DNA of 32,000 bases from assembly GCA_025058315.1 (NCBI GenBank), contig JANXET010000003.1, positions 46,901-78,900 of the forward strand. The letters run 5' to 3'. Both the position numbers and the translations under genes were made by a program. The notes under the pieces are model-generated. The model saw only the letters and a program-made list of their open reading frames with translations, was not told the DNA's origin and ran no database searches. Shown in pieces: positions 9,131 through 19,100 of the stretch (position 1 is its first letter; every line of letters begins with the position of its first letter). Origin of the DNA: Candidatus Bathyarchaeota archaeon. Its GTDB lineage: Archaea > Thermoproteota > Bathyarchaeia > Bathyarchaeales > Bathycorpusculaceae.

Positions 9131-10114
9131 ATGGTTGGTTTTCCAGCTGTTAGAATGAGAAGACTTCGAAGAACACGTGCAATGCAGAGTATAAACTTCA
9201 AGGCTAGGATACATCCCAGCGACCTTGTATATCCAATTTTCGTCGATGAAAACGCTGATTCACCTGTTCCGATAAGCTCAATGCCTGGATGCTGCAGGTG
9301 GCCGCTGAGGCATCTCGTGGAAGAGGTTGAGAAAACCATCGAATCAGGCATTAAGGCTGTGCTTCTTTTCGGCATACCCTCTTACAAGGATGAGTCTGGA
9401 TCTTCAGCATATGCCCCGGAGGGCGTAATTCAGAAAGCCGTTAAGCTTTTGAAAAATAAGTTTGGCGATGAGCTTGTTGTCATGACTGACGTTTGTCTCT
9501 GTGAATACACTTCTCATGGACATTGCGGTATAATAAAGGGTGATGAAGTGGATAATGATGCAACGCTTGAGGTTCTCGGCAGGATAGCAGTCAGTCACGC
9601 AGAGGCAGGAGCCGATTTTGTAGCGCCCTCAAGCATGATGGATGGGCAGGTTAAGCGCATTAGAGAGGCGCTTGACGGCGCAGGCTATAGAAACGTTGGG
9701 ATAATGGCTTACTCTGCAAAGTTTGCATCATGCTTCTACGGGCCTTTCCGTGAGGCCGCCGGCTCCAAGCCCAAGTTCGGAGACCGGAGAGGCTATCAAA
9801 TGGCCTATGGAAACCAGCGTGAGGCGCTCCGCGAGATAGAACTCGACATAATTGAAGGAGCAGATATTGTGATGGTTAAGCCTGCACTAGCCTACTTGGA
9901 CGTTATAGCCCTGGCTAAGGAAAGATTCAATGTCCCATTAGCCGCTTACAACGTTAGCGGGGAATACTCAATGGTTAAAGCTGCAGCTCAAATGGGCTGG
10001 CTGGACGAGAAGGCTGCGGTTACCGAAATATTAACTGCCATAAAGCGGGCTGGAGCTGACTTGATAATAACTTACTTTGCGAGGGAGGCTGTTTCATGGA
10101 TGAGTCAACTGTAA
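9131..10114 (+). CDS. hemB: Porphobilinogen synthase (delta-aminolevulinate dehydratase) HemB, Zn-type
   Basis: RMRRLRRT, DLVYPIFV, the Cys-rich Zn site DVCLCEYTSHGHCG, and the active-site Lys regions MVKPALAYLD and SGEYSMVKAAA. ATG at 9131 is preceded by GGGGTGAT. The GTG at 9122 used in the track is part of that SD. Confidence 0.92.
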   Translation: MVGFPAVRMRRLRRTRAMQSINFKARIHPSDLVYPIFVDENADSPVPISSMPGCCRWPLRHLVEEVEKTIESGIKAVLLFGIPSYKDESGSSAYAPEGVIQKAVKLLKNKFGDELVVMTDVCLCEYTSHGHCGIIKGDEVDNDATLEVLGRIAVSHAEAGADFVAPSSMMDGQVKRIREALDGAGYRNVGIMAYSAKFASCFYGPFREAAGSKPKFGDRRGYQMAYGNQREALREIELDIIEGADIVMVKPALAYLDVIALAKERFNVPLAAYNVSGEYSMVKAAAQMGWLDEKAAVTEILTAIKRAGADLIITYFAREAVSWMSQL

Positions 10115-11400
10115 CGAGCAGATCTCAGATGCTCTATGAACGGGCTAAGATGGTTCTTCCAGGCGGAGTTAACAGTCCAGTTAGGGCTTTCCAGCCGTAC
10201 CCATTCTTTGTAGAGAAGGCTAAAGGTCCAAGATTATACAGTGTTGATGGGCAAAGCTACATAGACTATTGCATGGCTTACGGAGCACTTATACTGGGGC
10301 ATGCTCACGAGCAGGTTATAGAAGCAATCGCGGAGCAACTTAAAAACGGAACAGTTTATGGGGCACCCACCGAGCTGGAGATCAGGTTCGCCGAGCTGAT
10401 ACGCAGCATTTATCCAAGTATGGAGATGCTGAGGCTTGTTAACTCAGGTACTGAGGCAACTATGCACGCCATAAGGGCAGCGAGGGGCTTCACAGGGAGG
10501 AAAAAAATAATCAAGTTTGAAGGTTGCTTCCACGGCTCCCACGATAGTGTGCTTGTGAAGGCCGGTTCAGGTGCTGCATGGTTTGGAACCCCCAGCTCCC
10601 AGGGTGTGCCTGAGGAGACAGCGCGAAACACCATTGTATTGCCCTACAATGATTTCAGCGCCATAGAGGAGACTTTCCGGCATGAAGGCAGCGAAATAGC
10701 CGCCGTAATTATTGAACCAGTAATAGCCAACTCGGGATTGATTCTTCCGGCTAAGGGCTACCTGGAGCATCTGAGAAAGCTAACCAATAACTATGGGGCT
10801 GTACTGATTTTCGATGAAATTGTAACAGGCTTCAGAGTTGCTCTCGGAGGCTGCCAGGAATACTACGGTGTGAAACCAGACATGACCACGCTGGGTAAGA
10901 TAATGGGCGGAGGCCTTCCAATAGCTGCTTTCGGCGGTAGAAAGGAGGTAATGCAGAATATATCTCCCATGGGCGGAGTGTATCAGGCGGGGACTTTCAG
11001 CGGCAACCCCATATCCGTGACAGCCGGATATACCGCTGTAAAATTCTTGGTCGAGAACAAGAATCAAATATACCCTGAGCTTGAGAGCACATGTAAAAAG
11101 CTCGCCGCCGCCTTAGTTGACCTCAGCACAGACCGCGGCGTTGAGGCGCAGGTGAACAGTTTAGCATCAATGTTCCAGATATTCTTCACTTCAAAACCGA
11201 TTTTGAACTATGCTACAGCTAAGCATTCGAACACCCAAAAATTCTACAGATACTTCATGGAGCTTCTTAGAAACGGAGTCTTCGTTCCCCCGTCCCAATT
11301 TGAGACATGCTTCCTATCAACCTCCCACTCGCCTAATGACGTTGAAAACACCATAGAAGCTTTTGACAAGGCGCTGGCTGCTGTAGCTGATGGCAGGTAG
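10096..11400 (+). CDS. hemL: Glutamate-1-semialdehyde 2,1-aminomutase HemL
   Basis: LPGGVNSPVRAF, NSGTEATMHAIRAARGFTGR, IFDEIVTGFR, TTLGKIMGGGLP (PLP Lys). GAGGGAGG lies 7 nt upstream of the ATG. Confidence 0.93.
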   Translation: MDESTVTSRSQMLYERAKMVLPGGVNSPVRAFQPYPFFVEKAKGPRLYSVDGQSYIDYCMAYGALILGHAHEQVIEAIAEQLKNGTVYGAPTELEIRFAELIRSIYPSMEMLRLVNSGTEATMHAIRAARGFTGRKKIIKFEGCFHGSHDSVLVKAGSGAAWFGTPSSQGVPEETARNTIVLPYNDFSAIEETFRHEGSEIAAVIIEPVIANSGLILPAKGYLEHLRKLTNNYGAVLIFDEIVTGFRVALGGCQEYYGVKPDMTTLGKIMGGGLPIAAFGGRKEVMQNISPMGGVYQAGTFSGNPISVTAGYTAVKFLVENKNQIYPELESTCKKLAAALVDLSTDRGVEAQVNSLASMFQIFFTSKPILNYATAKHSNTQKFYRYFMELLRNGVFVPPSQFETCFLSTSHSPNDVENTIEAFDKALAAVADGR

Positions 11401-11406
11401 GCTGCA

Positions 11407-12342
11407 ATGATTTTGAACGTTGGAACTAGAGGAAGCAGGCTTTCCATTATACAGACTGAATTTGTCCTAAAAAGTCTGAAGGCGCTTTTTCCAAAACTGG
11501 AATTTAAGATTAAAGTCATAAAGACCATGGGAGATGTGGAGCGACGAAAACCACTCTTCACAATGGATAGAAAGGGAATTTTCGAAAAAGAAATAGATCA
11601 AGCGTTACTTCGAGGGGAAATAGACTTTGCAGTACACAGCCTAAAGGACGTGCCTACCTTTGATGAGCAATGTGAAATAGTGCTTGCAGCAATACCCAAA
11701 AGGGACTCTCCACTGGAAGCGCTTATATCCCGTGATAATGTCCCCCTCAAAATGCTTCCGAAGACGGCTACTGTGGGAACCAGCAGCCTACGGAGGATGG
11801 CTCAGATTAAGCATCTGCGGCCTGACATTAAAGTTAAGCCCATAAGAGGAAACGTGGACACTAGAATTCAGAAGATTAAGCGCGGCGAAGTGCATGCCAT
11901 AGTGGTGGCTGCAGCAGGGCTTGAGAGACTTGAACTTAAAAACCTCATAACAGAAGTTTTTCCTCCCGAAACTTTAACTCCTCCAGCCGGACAAGGCGCG
12001 CTGGCAGTTGTTGCTAGAAAGGACAGAAACGACATCATAGAAATCCTAAGCAGAATAGATCACCCCCTCACAAGGGCGGAGGTTACTGCTGAAAGAACTC
12101 TAATATCCGCCATGGAGGGCGGCTGCCATTTTCCCATAGGTGCCTATGCGCATGCAAAAGGCGACAGAATATCTCTCTACAGCTGTGTCCTGTCAGTTGA
12201 CGGCCTTAACAAAATTGAGGCCACAGCCGAAGCAGCCATCAGCGAGGCTGAAAATCTGGGAATCAGGGTTGCCCATATGCTGCTGGAGAGGGGTGCAGAA
12301 GAGATAAAGGCCTCATGGAGAGAAAAGTATGGGGTATGGTAA
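11407..12342 (+). CDS. hemC: Hydroxymethylbilane synthase (porphobilinogen deaminase) HemC
   Basis: VGTRGSRLSIIQTEFV, DFAVHSLKDVP, GTSSLRR, RGNVDTRIQK, GGCHFPIGAYA (cofactor Cys). Confidence 0.92.
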   Translation: MILNVGTRGSRLSIIQTEFVLKSLKALFPKLEFKIKVIKTMGDVERRKPLFTMDRKGIFEKEIDQALLRGEIDFAVHSLKDVPTFDEQCEIVLAAIPKRDSPLEALISRDNVPLKMLPKTATVGTSSLRRMAQIKHLRPDIKVKPIRGNVDTRIQKIKRGEVHAIVVAAAGLERLELKNLITEVFPPETLTPPAGQGALAVVARKDRNDIIEILSRIDHPLTRAEVTAERTLISAMEGGCHFPIGAYAHAKGDRISLYSCVLSVDGLNKIEATAEAAISEAENLGIRVAHMLLERGAEEIKASWREKYGVW

Positions 12343-13084
12343 AGTATACCTTGTTGGTGCAGGTCCAGGAGACCCTGAACTCTTGACACTTAAGGCTGTT
12401 GAGGCTTTAAAGAAGGCAGATGTGGTCGTATATGATAGGCTGGTAAACCGTAAAATCTTGAAGCTAGCTCCGGAAACAGCTGAAAAAGTGTATGCTGGAA
12501 AGGCTTCCGGAAGACACACGCTCACCCAGGAGGAAATTAACAACATCATAGTTAAGGCTGCCCTTCAAGGGAAAACAGTTGTTAGGCTAAAAGGCGGGGA
12601 TCCTTTTCTCTTCGGCAGAGGCGGCGAGGAAGCTGAGGCGCTGGCGTCAAAAAACATCCCATTCGAAGTTATCCCCGGAGTCTCATCAGCCTTTGCTGCT
12701 CCAGCCTACGCAGGTATACCTCTGACACATAGGAACTATGCTTCCTCAGTGGCCATCGTAACTGGAAGCCAGGCTGTTGACGCTGCGAAGAGGGTGGAAT
12801 GGACAAAGCTTGCATGCGCCGTGGATACAATCGTAATCCTCATGGGCCTTGAGCACATAGACGAAATCGTCAATGCGCTGATGGACGGTGGTTTAAGCCA
12901 GGAAACCCCCGTTGCAATAATTGAATGGGGAACATTGACTAGGCAGAGAACCCTCATCAGCCGCTTAGCTGATGCTGCCGAGGAATCCCGTAGAATGGGC
13001 CTAAGGCCGCCGTCAGTTATTGTGGTCGGAGAAGTGGTTCAGCTTGGAAGGAAGCTTTCATGGTTCAAGAAGCCCCTGACCTGA
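12329..13084 (+). CDS. cobA: Uroporphyrinogen-III C-methyltransferase (SUMT) CobA
   Basis: GKVYLVGAGPGDPELLTLKAVEALKKADVVVYDRLV, RLKGGDPFLFGRGGEE, VIPGVSSAFAAPAYAGIPLTHR. Confidence 0.92.
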   Translation: MGYGKVYLVGAGPGDPELLTLKAVEALKKADVVVYDRLVNRKILKLAPETAEKVYAGKASGRHTLTQEEINNIIVKAALQGKTVVRLKGGDPFLFGRGGEEAEALASKNIPFEVIPGVSSAFAAPAYAGIPLTHRNYASSVAIVTGSQAVDAAKRVEWTKLACAVDTIVILMGLEHIDEIVNALMDGGLSQETPVAIIEWGTLTRQRTLISRLADAAEESRRMGLRPPSVIVVGEVVQLGRKLSWFKKPLT

Positions 13085-13884
13085 AGGGCCGAACAATAGT
13101 CATAACAAGGCCGCCAAGTCAGGCTGAAGAAACGGGCCGACTCATCAGGCGAATGGGCGGTAGACCATACTACCTTCCAACAATAAAGCTCAGACCGTTG
13201 AGGGCGTTAACCAAAATTAGGAATTTCATTAACGCGCTTGAAGATGGAAATGTGGATTATGTTGTCTTCATGAGCGTTAACGGGGTAAAATATTTTCATG
13301 ACATGACCAGAAAGCTCGGCGTAGCTGAAAAGGTAAAAGGAGCATTGGGAAAAGTTGTTGTAGCTGCTGTAGGCCCCAAAACAGCTAAAGCCTTGGAAGA
13401 AAGAGGTTATAGTGTTGGACTTGTTCCCGGCGAATTCAGCTCCGAGGGCATGGTGAAGGCGCTGAAAAGCATGGGAGTCAACGGAAAAACCGTTTACGTT
13501 TTAAGAGCTAAGGGCGCCAGCCCCATGCTTCGCGACAACCTTAGGGAAAGCGGCGCCGTGGTTAAGGAGATTTATATATATGAAGTCTTGAAGCCGCGCG
13601 GAAGACGCCTTGAGGAAAAGTTCCTTAAGGACTTGTATGCCGGAAAAATAGATGCAATAATCTTCAGCAGCTCTCAAAGTGTAAAAAACTTCTTCCGAAT
13701 GTTTGAGAGTAAATTGTCTAAAGAGGAGCTTTTAAGCCTGATTAAGGATAGAGCTGCCATTGTAGCTATAGGGCCATTCACAGCTAAAGCGTTGATGGAT
13801 GAAGGCTTAGAAGCTGATGTCACGCCAAGTCAGTACACCTTCGAAGGGGCGTTGTTGGCTTTGGCAAGTTTTTGGATGAAGTAG
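13060..13884 (+). CDS. hemD: Uroporphyrinogen-III synthase HemD
   Basis: It has the IVITRP N-terminus and two repeated flavodoxin-like halves: VVFMSVNGVKYF, then IIFSSSQSVKNFF and VAIGPFTAKAL. It sits between cobA and downstream B12 genes. Confidence 0.8.
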   Translation: MVQEAPDLKGRTIVITRPPSQAEETGRLIRRMGGRPYYLPTIKLRPLRALTKIRNFINALEDGNVDYVVFMSVNGVKYFHDMTRKLGVAEKVKGALGKVVVAAVGPKTAKALEERGYSVGLVPGEFSSEGMVKALKSMGVNGKTVYVLRAKGASPMLRDNLRESGAVVKEIYIYEVLKPRGRRLEEKFLKDLYAGKIDAIIFSSSQSVKNFFRMFESKLSKEELLSLIKDRAAIVAIGPFTAKALMDEGLEADVTPSQYTFEGALLALASFWMK

Positions 13885-13899
13885 TTTTGTAAGGTTTAT

Positions 13900-15168
13900 A
13901 TGCATGGTTTATCCATCCAACTATCGGTGGACATGAAGGTCATGCTAATAATAGGCGACGGAATGGCCGATCGCCCCATAAAAGAGCTCGGAGGCTTAAC
14001 CCCGCTGGAGGCGGCTGGCGCTTGGAACATGGATAGGTTGGCTTCTATGGGAGTTTCAGGGCTGTTTAATGCGTTGGGTCCCGGGGTGGCCCCTGGAAGC
14101 GATGTAGCATGCTTGGCTATACTGGGCTACGATCCCTACAAGGTTTACGCTGGACGGGGCGGCTTTGAGGCAGCTGGAGCCGGCATCAATATGGATGACG
14201 AGGATCTGGCATTTAGATGCAACTTTGCAACTGTAAATGAGGATATGATAATAATAGATGAGCGGGCTGGAAGGATAGGAGAGGAAGCAGTAAAGCTTGC
14301 GGAATCCCTTCAAAACTTGCAACTTAGAGGCTGCGGCGATGTAGAGGTCGTTTTTAGGCATACATTGGGGCATAAGGGCGCAATGGTCCTGAAAGGATGT
14401 GGTCTTTCACCAAATGTCGCCACTCCACCTCCTAAAGCCTACGGACGGGCTGACTCTTTCAAGCCTTTAGATCGGACAACCGAGACCCGGAAAACTGTTG
14501 AGGTTCTGAGAGAGTTCCTCACAGCGACGTACAACATCTTGAAGGATCATCCCATAAACAGGGCGAGAATCGTAAAGGGGCTTCCGCCAGCTAATATCGT
14601 CATTCCCTGGGGCTTAGGGTTGAAGCCGAAGCTTAGCCCCATGCTTGATATGTTCGGTACTAGAGGCGCCTGCGTAGCTGCGGTAAGCCTGATTAAGGGC
14701 GTGTGCAAGCTGGCAGGCATGTCCATCATCGATGTTCCAGGCGCCACAGGGGACTTGAATACTAACATATTCGCTAAGGCTGAGGCCGCTCTAAAAGCGC
14801 TTGAAAATCACGAGATTGTCTTAGTTCATGTGGAGGCTCCTGACGAGGCAAGCCATGACGGCGACATTCATGGGAAAATCAAAAGTATACAAAAAATAGA
14901 CAGCATGGTCAGAATAATCCTTGAAAACATAAGCCTAGACGATGTTTGTGTGGCTTTAATGGCTGATCATGCAACATCAACGAGGCTTAGGATGCACACG
15001 GCGGATCCGGCGCCGATATCAATAGCCAGCTCAGAATTGATCCCTGATGGAGTCTCAAGCTACAGTGAGAGAGCCGCTTACAGGGGAGGTTTTGGGCGTC
15101 TCACAGGCAAGGATGTCATGCCAATCCTGCTTAATATAACCGGTAAAAGCGCGAGGTTCGGCGCCTAA
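13900..15168 (+). CDS. apgM: Archaeal cofactor-independent phosphoglycerate mutase family protein (ApgM-like; metalloenzyme/alkaline-phosphatase superfamily)
   Basis: MLIIGDGMADRPIKELGGLTPLEAA, APGSDVACLAILGYDPYKVYAGRGGFEAAGAG, LAFRCNFATV, VHVEAPDEASHDGD, ADHATS. The true start is probably MKVMLII at 13933. Confidence 0.8.
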   Translation: MHGLSIQLSVDMKVMLIIGDGMADRPIKELGGLTPLEAAGAWNMDRLASMGVSGLFNALGPGVAPGSDVACLAILGYDPYKVYAGRGGFEAAGAGINMDDEDLAFRCNFATVNEDMIIIDERAGRIGEEAVKLAESLQNLQLRGCGDVEVVFRHTLGHKGAMVLKGCGLSPNVATPPPKAYGRADSFKPLDRTTETRKTVEVLREFLTATYNILKDHPINRARIVKGLPPANIVIPWGLGLKPKLSPMLDMFGTRGACVAAVSLIKGVCKLAGMSIIDVPGATGDLNTNIFAKAEAALKALENHEIVLVHVEAPDEASHDGDIHGKIKSIQKIDSMVRIILENISLDDVCVALMADHATSTRLRMHTADPAPISIASSELIPDGVSSYSERAAYRGGFGRLTGKDVMPILLNITGKSARFGA

Positions 15169-15184
15169 AGGCTGATATGGTGGC

Positions 15185-16156
15185 ATGTTGTCACCTGATA
15201 GCTGCCAGTTTCTCACATCTCTTATAATTATTGCCCTGGCTTTTTTGATTGACTTGCTATTTGGCGAGCCGCCGGACCCTGTTCACCCTACAGTTTGGAT
15301 GGGAAAGCTTATTGCCTCACTAAAGCCGAAAGCTAAAGGCGGAAACCCGAAAGCCGAGAAGTTTAAGGGTTTACTTCTATGCCTATTTGTCACAGCATCT
15401 TTCGCCTTTCCAGCATATGTAATTCTCCATCTGGTTAGGCAGTTTTTAGGCCTATGGGCGTATACTGTTTTCGCCGCGGTCATGCTTAAGATGACTTTTT
15501 CAGTAAGGGGTCTGAGTTATTATACAATGCCTATAGCCCGAGCCATTGAAAGCGGAAGAGTAGATGAAGCCAAGAGGTGGCTTCCCTTCATAGTTAGACG
15601 TAACCCTGAGGCTCTAAGCCAAAGTCAAATAATATCTGCAGCTGTTGAATCCATTGCTGAGAGCACAGTGGATGGTATAACTTCACCTCTCTTCTACTTC
15701 GCTCTCTTCGGAGTTCCCGGTGCCATAGCCTTTCGGGCAATAAACACGCTTGACTCAATGGTTGGCTATAAGGATCGGGAGCACGTGAACATTGGATGGT
15801 TCTCAGCTAGAATTGATACTTTCGCCAATTATGTTCCGGCACGTCTAACAGCTCTGCTCATGGTTTTAGCATCAGCTATTCTTCGTAAGAACTGGAGAGC
15901 CTCATGGAGAGTGCTGAGGAGAGATAAAAGTAGGACTGAAAGCCTAAATGCCGGGTGGCCCATGTCCGCCATGGCCGGGGCTTTAGGCGTACAGCTGGAG
16001 AAACCTGGGTTTTACAGGCTTGGAGAAGCAGGCACCGTTGAACTTTCGCCGATGCATATCCCGCAGGCCCTATGTGTGATGAAGACTGCTGTGCTATTAT
16101 TCGCGTTTTTCGTTATCCTTCCAATAATCGCCCTTTGGGCTTGTCTCGGCATTTAG
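15185..16156 (+). CDS. cbiB: Adenosylcobinamide-phosphate synthase CbiB (CobD family membrane protein)
   Basis: DLLFGEPPDPVHPTVWMGKLI, ESTVDGITSPLFYFALFG, NTLDSMVGYK, NAGWPMSAMAGALGVQLEKPGFY. Confidence 0.9.
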   Translation: MLSPDSCQFLTSLIIIALAFLIDLLFGEPPDPVHPTVWMGKLIASLKPKAKGGNPKAEKFKGLLLCLFVTASFAFPAYVILHLVRQFLGLWAYTVFAAVMLKMTFSVRGLSYYTMPIARAIESGRVDEAKRWLPFIVRRNPEALSQSQIISAAVESIAESTVDGITSPLFYFALFGVPGAIAFRAINTLDSMVGYKDREHVNIGWFSARIDTFANYVPARLTALLMVLASAILRKNWRASWRVLRRDKSRTESLNAGWPMSAMAGALGVQLEKPGFYRLGEAGTVELSPMHIPQALCVMKTAVLLFAFFVILPIIALWACLGI

Positions 16157-19100
16157 CCAGCTACAATTATGTTTCTAACGTCGTTTTCTATGGATCTAAG
16201 TATTTCCGTGTATTTTGTCTTTCCACTTTCTATGGCATCTATTGCTTTTTCAAGATTCCTTGTCAACTCCTCAGAAATGAAGGTTTTGAAGTTTTCAGCC
16301 AGATAATCGTACACGCTTTTTCCAAGCTTAGTGTTGAATATAAATCCGTTCCTATTAATTATGTATCCCCTTCTAAGCAGCACATTAATTATCTTAGAAT
16401 AGGTGCTTGGCCTACCTATCCCCTTTTCTTTCATCAGGGCTACTAGATCGCCTTCGCGGTATGGCCCTGCTGCAGGTTTACGTCTAACTTTAAACTCCAA
16501 GATCCTGTATCTCCCAGGTTTAACTTCACTTTTAACTCTGAGTATAGGATTTATTTTCAGGAAACCTTCCTCAAGGATTCTTGTAATCCTTTCCTGTCTA
16601 AGCTCAATTCCATTAAGCCTGAACGTTAACTCTTCAGTCTGAATTTTTGCTTCCTTCATTTGACTTGCAATGAAACGCTTAAATATCATTTCATATAGCC
16701 TCATGTGATCAGCTACCAGCTTCTGGGGAACCCTTATTACACCTGCGGAAAGGTAGAAGCGTAGCTGTTTAGCATCTATGGGTTTCGTGGGTCTGATGCA
16801 CTCATGCGCCCCCTCCGCCTTATACTCCCTTGGCTTGAACGTTCCAGGGAAGTTTTCATCTACGTAGCGTTTAGCCACATCCATGCCTGTTGTTGACACG
16901 GTGGTGGCGTCGGTTCTGTGATAGGTTATGAGGCCTGACTCAAAAAGGGTCTGTGCAAGACTCATTGTGTAACCCACAGAGAATCCGAGCCTGCGGGCGG
17001 CATCTCTAAGCATACTGTCCGTGGTGTATGGCGGCGGCGGGTAAACTTGTGCCTCGTGGAATGCGACATCGTCAATTGAGGCTGTGAGGTTGCCTGCTTT
17101 GAATTTATTGGTAAGTTCCTCGATGTTGGATGGGTTTTCAAGGGTTATTGAGAAGTCATTTTCTAGGCGGATGTGGGCTATGGGAATTTTATGTTTCATT
17201 TCAGCTGTTCTGCTTATAACCCAGCCGAGCACTGGAGTCTGGACTCTTCCCGCGGAGAGGGTTGTCTTTTTGAATTTTTTCCATAACTTTTGGCTAAGTT
17301 CAAAACCAACCCAGCGGTCTTCAATTCTCCTAACCACTTGCGCTTGAACAAGAGGCAACTTTACTTTCCTAGGATGCTCAAAGGCTCTTTTCAGGGCTCT
17401 TCGGGTTACTTCGTGAAATTCAAGTCTTTCAATATCATTGCAGTATGGGCTAATGGAAACAAAAATGTCATAGCTTATCTTTTCCCCCTCCACGTCGGGA
17501 TCGGTGGCTATAAAGACCTTATTTGCTTCAGTTGCAAGTTTGCGGAGTAGGTTCACCATTTTTCTTGTAGAGTGTATATGGCTTGAACCACATTCTGGAC
17601 ATGCATCCTTGTCCGTGAACTGTTCACCACAATTATTGCAGCGCCTTATATCCGTGTACACTGGGATGTAATCTCCATTTTCCTTTATAACGCCATGGTA
17701 ACCTCCCTCACTTGTCAAGTCGAAGACATGTCCACCTGAGGCGATAATCGTTAATATGAACCGTTCACCTGCTACTTCATAAACTGTAAGATTGTCCATC
17801 ATTCTTCTGGCAGGCTTTCCGAAGAAGTAGGCTATGGCTTTAGCTTTAGTTGGAGATTCAACTATTACAAGCGCTGATTTTATGATGTCAACCGTTTCAA
17901 AGGAAAATTCGCCCATCCGCATTTTCCTTATTATTTCCCTGTCTCTGCTGACGGCCTTAAACTCTTCAAGCGCCCTGTCTAGTTTGTACTCCTCAAACTC
18001 CTCATCTGTAATCAGTTGTATCTGCTTACGAAGGCTACGGAAAGATTTTTCGTCGTCAACTATCATAATGGATACTCCGCGGCTTATGCCCGCTGCGTAA
18101 AACCTTGAAACTCTGCCTGAAGCCTGAATGTAGCCATCCACATCCGGTATTACAAGCACATATTCGCCGTTCTCTATTTTCACGTCAACATCGATTCTTT
18201 CAGCAAGTTTTTCAGCTTCAACGTTCTCCATTGCATGTGCAAGCACCTTTCGAGTTTCTTTCAAAAGTTTTTGCACGTACCCTTCAAATCCGTCGAGTTC
18301 AATGTTTGCCTCGTCAGCCTCCCTAACTTTCTCGACGATTTCCTTGCTTACCGGTACAATCCTTGAAAGCGCTGACATAACTGACGCAATCTCCCTCTGA
18401 AGCTTGTTCTCGAAAAGCGGAGATATACTCTTCAGCAATGTTAGAATTTTCTGAGGGTTGTACTCGTTCAATCCTACCCTAATCTCACGCCTAGGAACCC
18501 CTGCAAATACAACATATCTTATTGTTTCCGGAAGATCTAAGCCTCTGGCTAATGGGCTTCGGTTACTGCAAACTCCCACTAGAACAGAGTATTCCCCGTT
18601 CACGAATCTTTCAAGTATTTTCGGATTCATCCGTTCATAAACATGAACTTTCACACCGTCGCTTTCCAAAACTTCAGCCAGCTTTTTCGCGTACTCCACA
18701 CCTTTAACCTGTGGCACAAAAACAAGGCATCCTGAACCGTGAGCACTAATGAGCTTTTTTAGTTGATTTTCCATGCTTCCCTCAGGTTTTACAAACATGT
18801 TCGAAATGTTCCTAACGAGCTCCATAGAAAATCCCGGTTCAAAGCCGAAAAGGCTCTTAAAGATCCTTATGCGTTTGGTTCTTTTCCCCATTAAAGTAGC
18901 CCCGGAAACCACAAGCACCCTAAAGTTCTGGTTTCCCAGCTTAAGATCGCCTGTTTTGTTTGCGTTAAGACTTTTCCCGTTTTCTTCAAGCGCTTTTTCA
19001 ATATGCTCTTGTGTAAATCCCATCATAAGTACAACTTTATCTATGTTTCTTGGCGATTTAAGAAAGGAATCCACATCGTCTACGAAGATGAAATTGAAGC

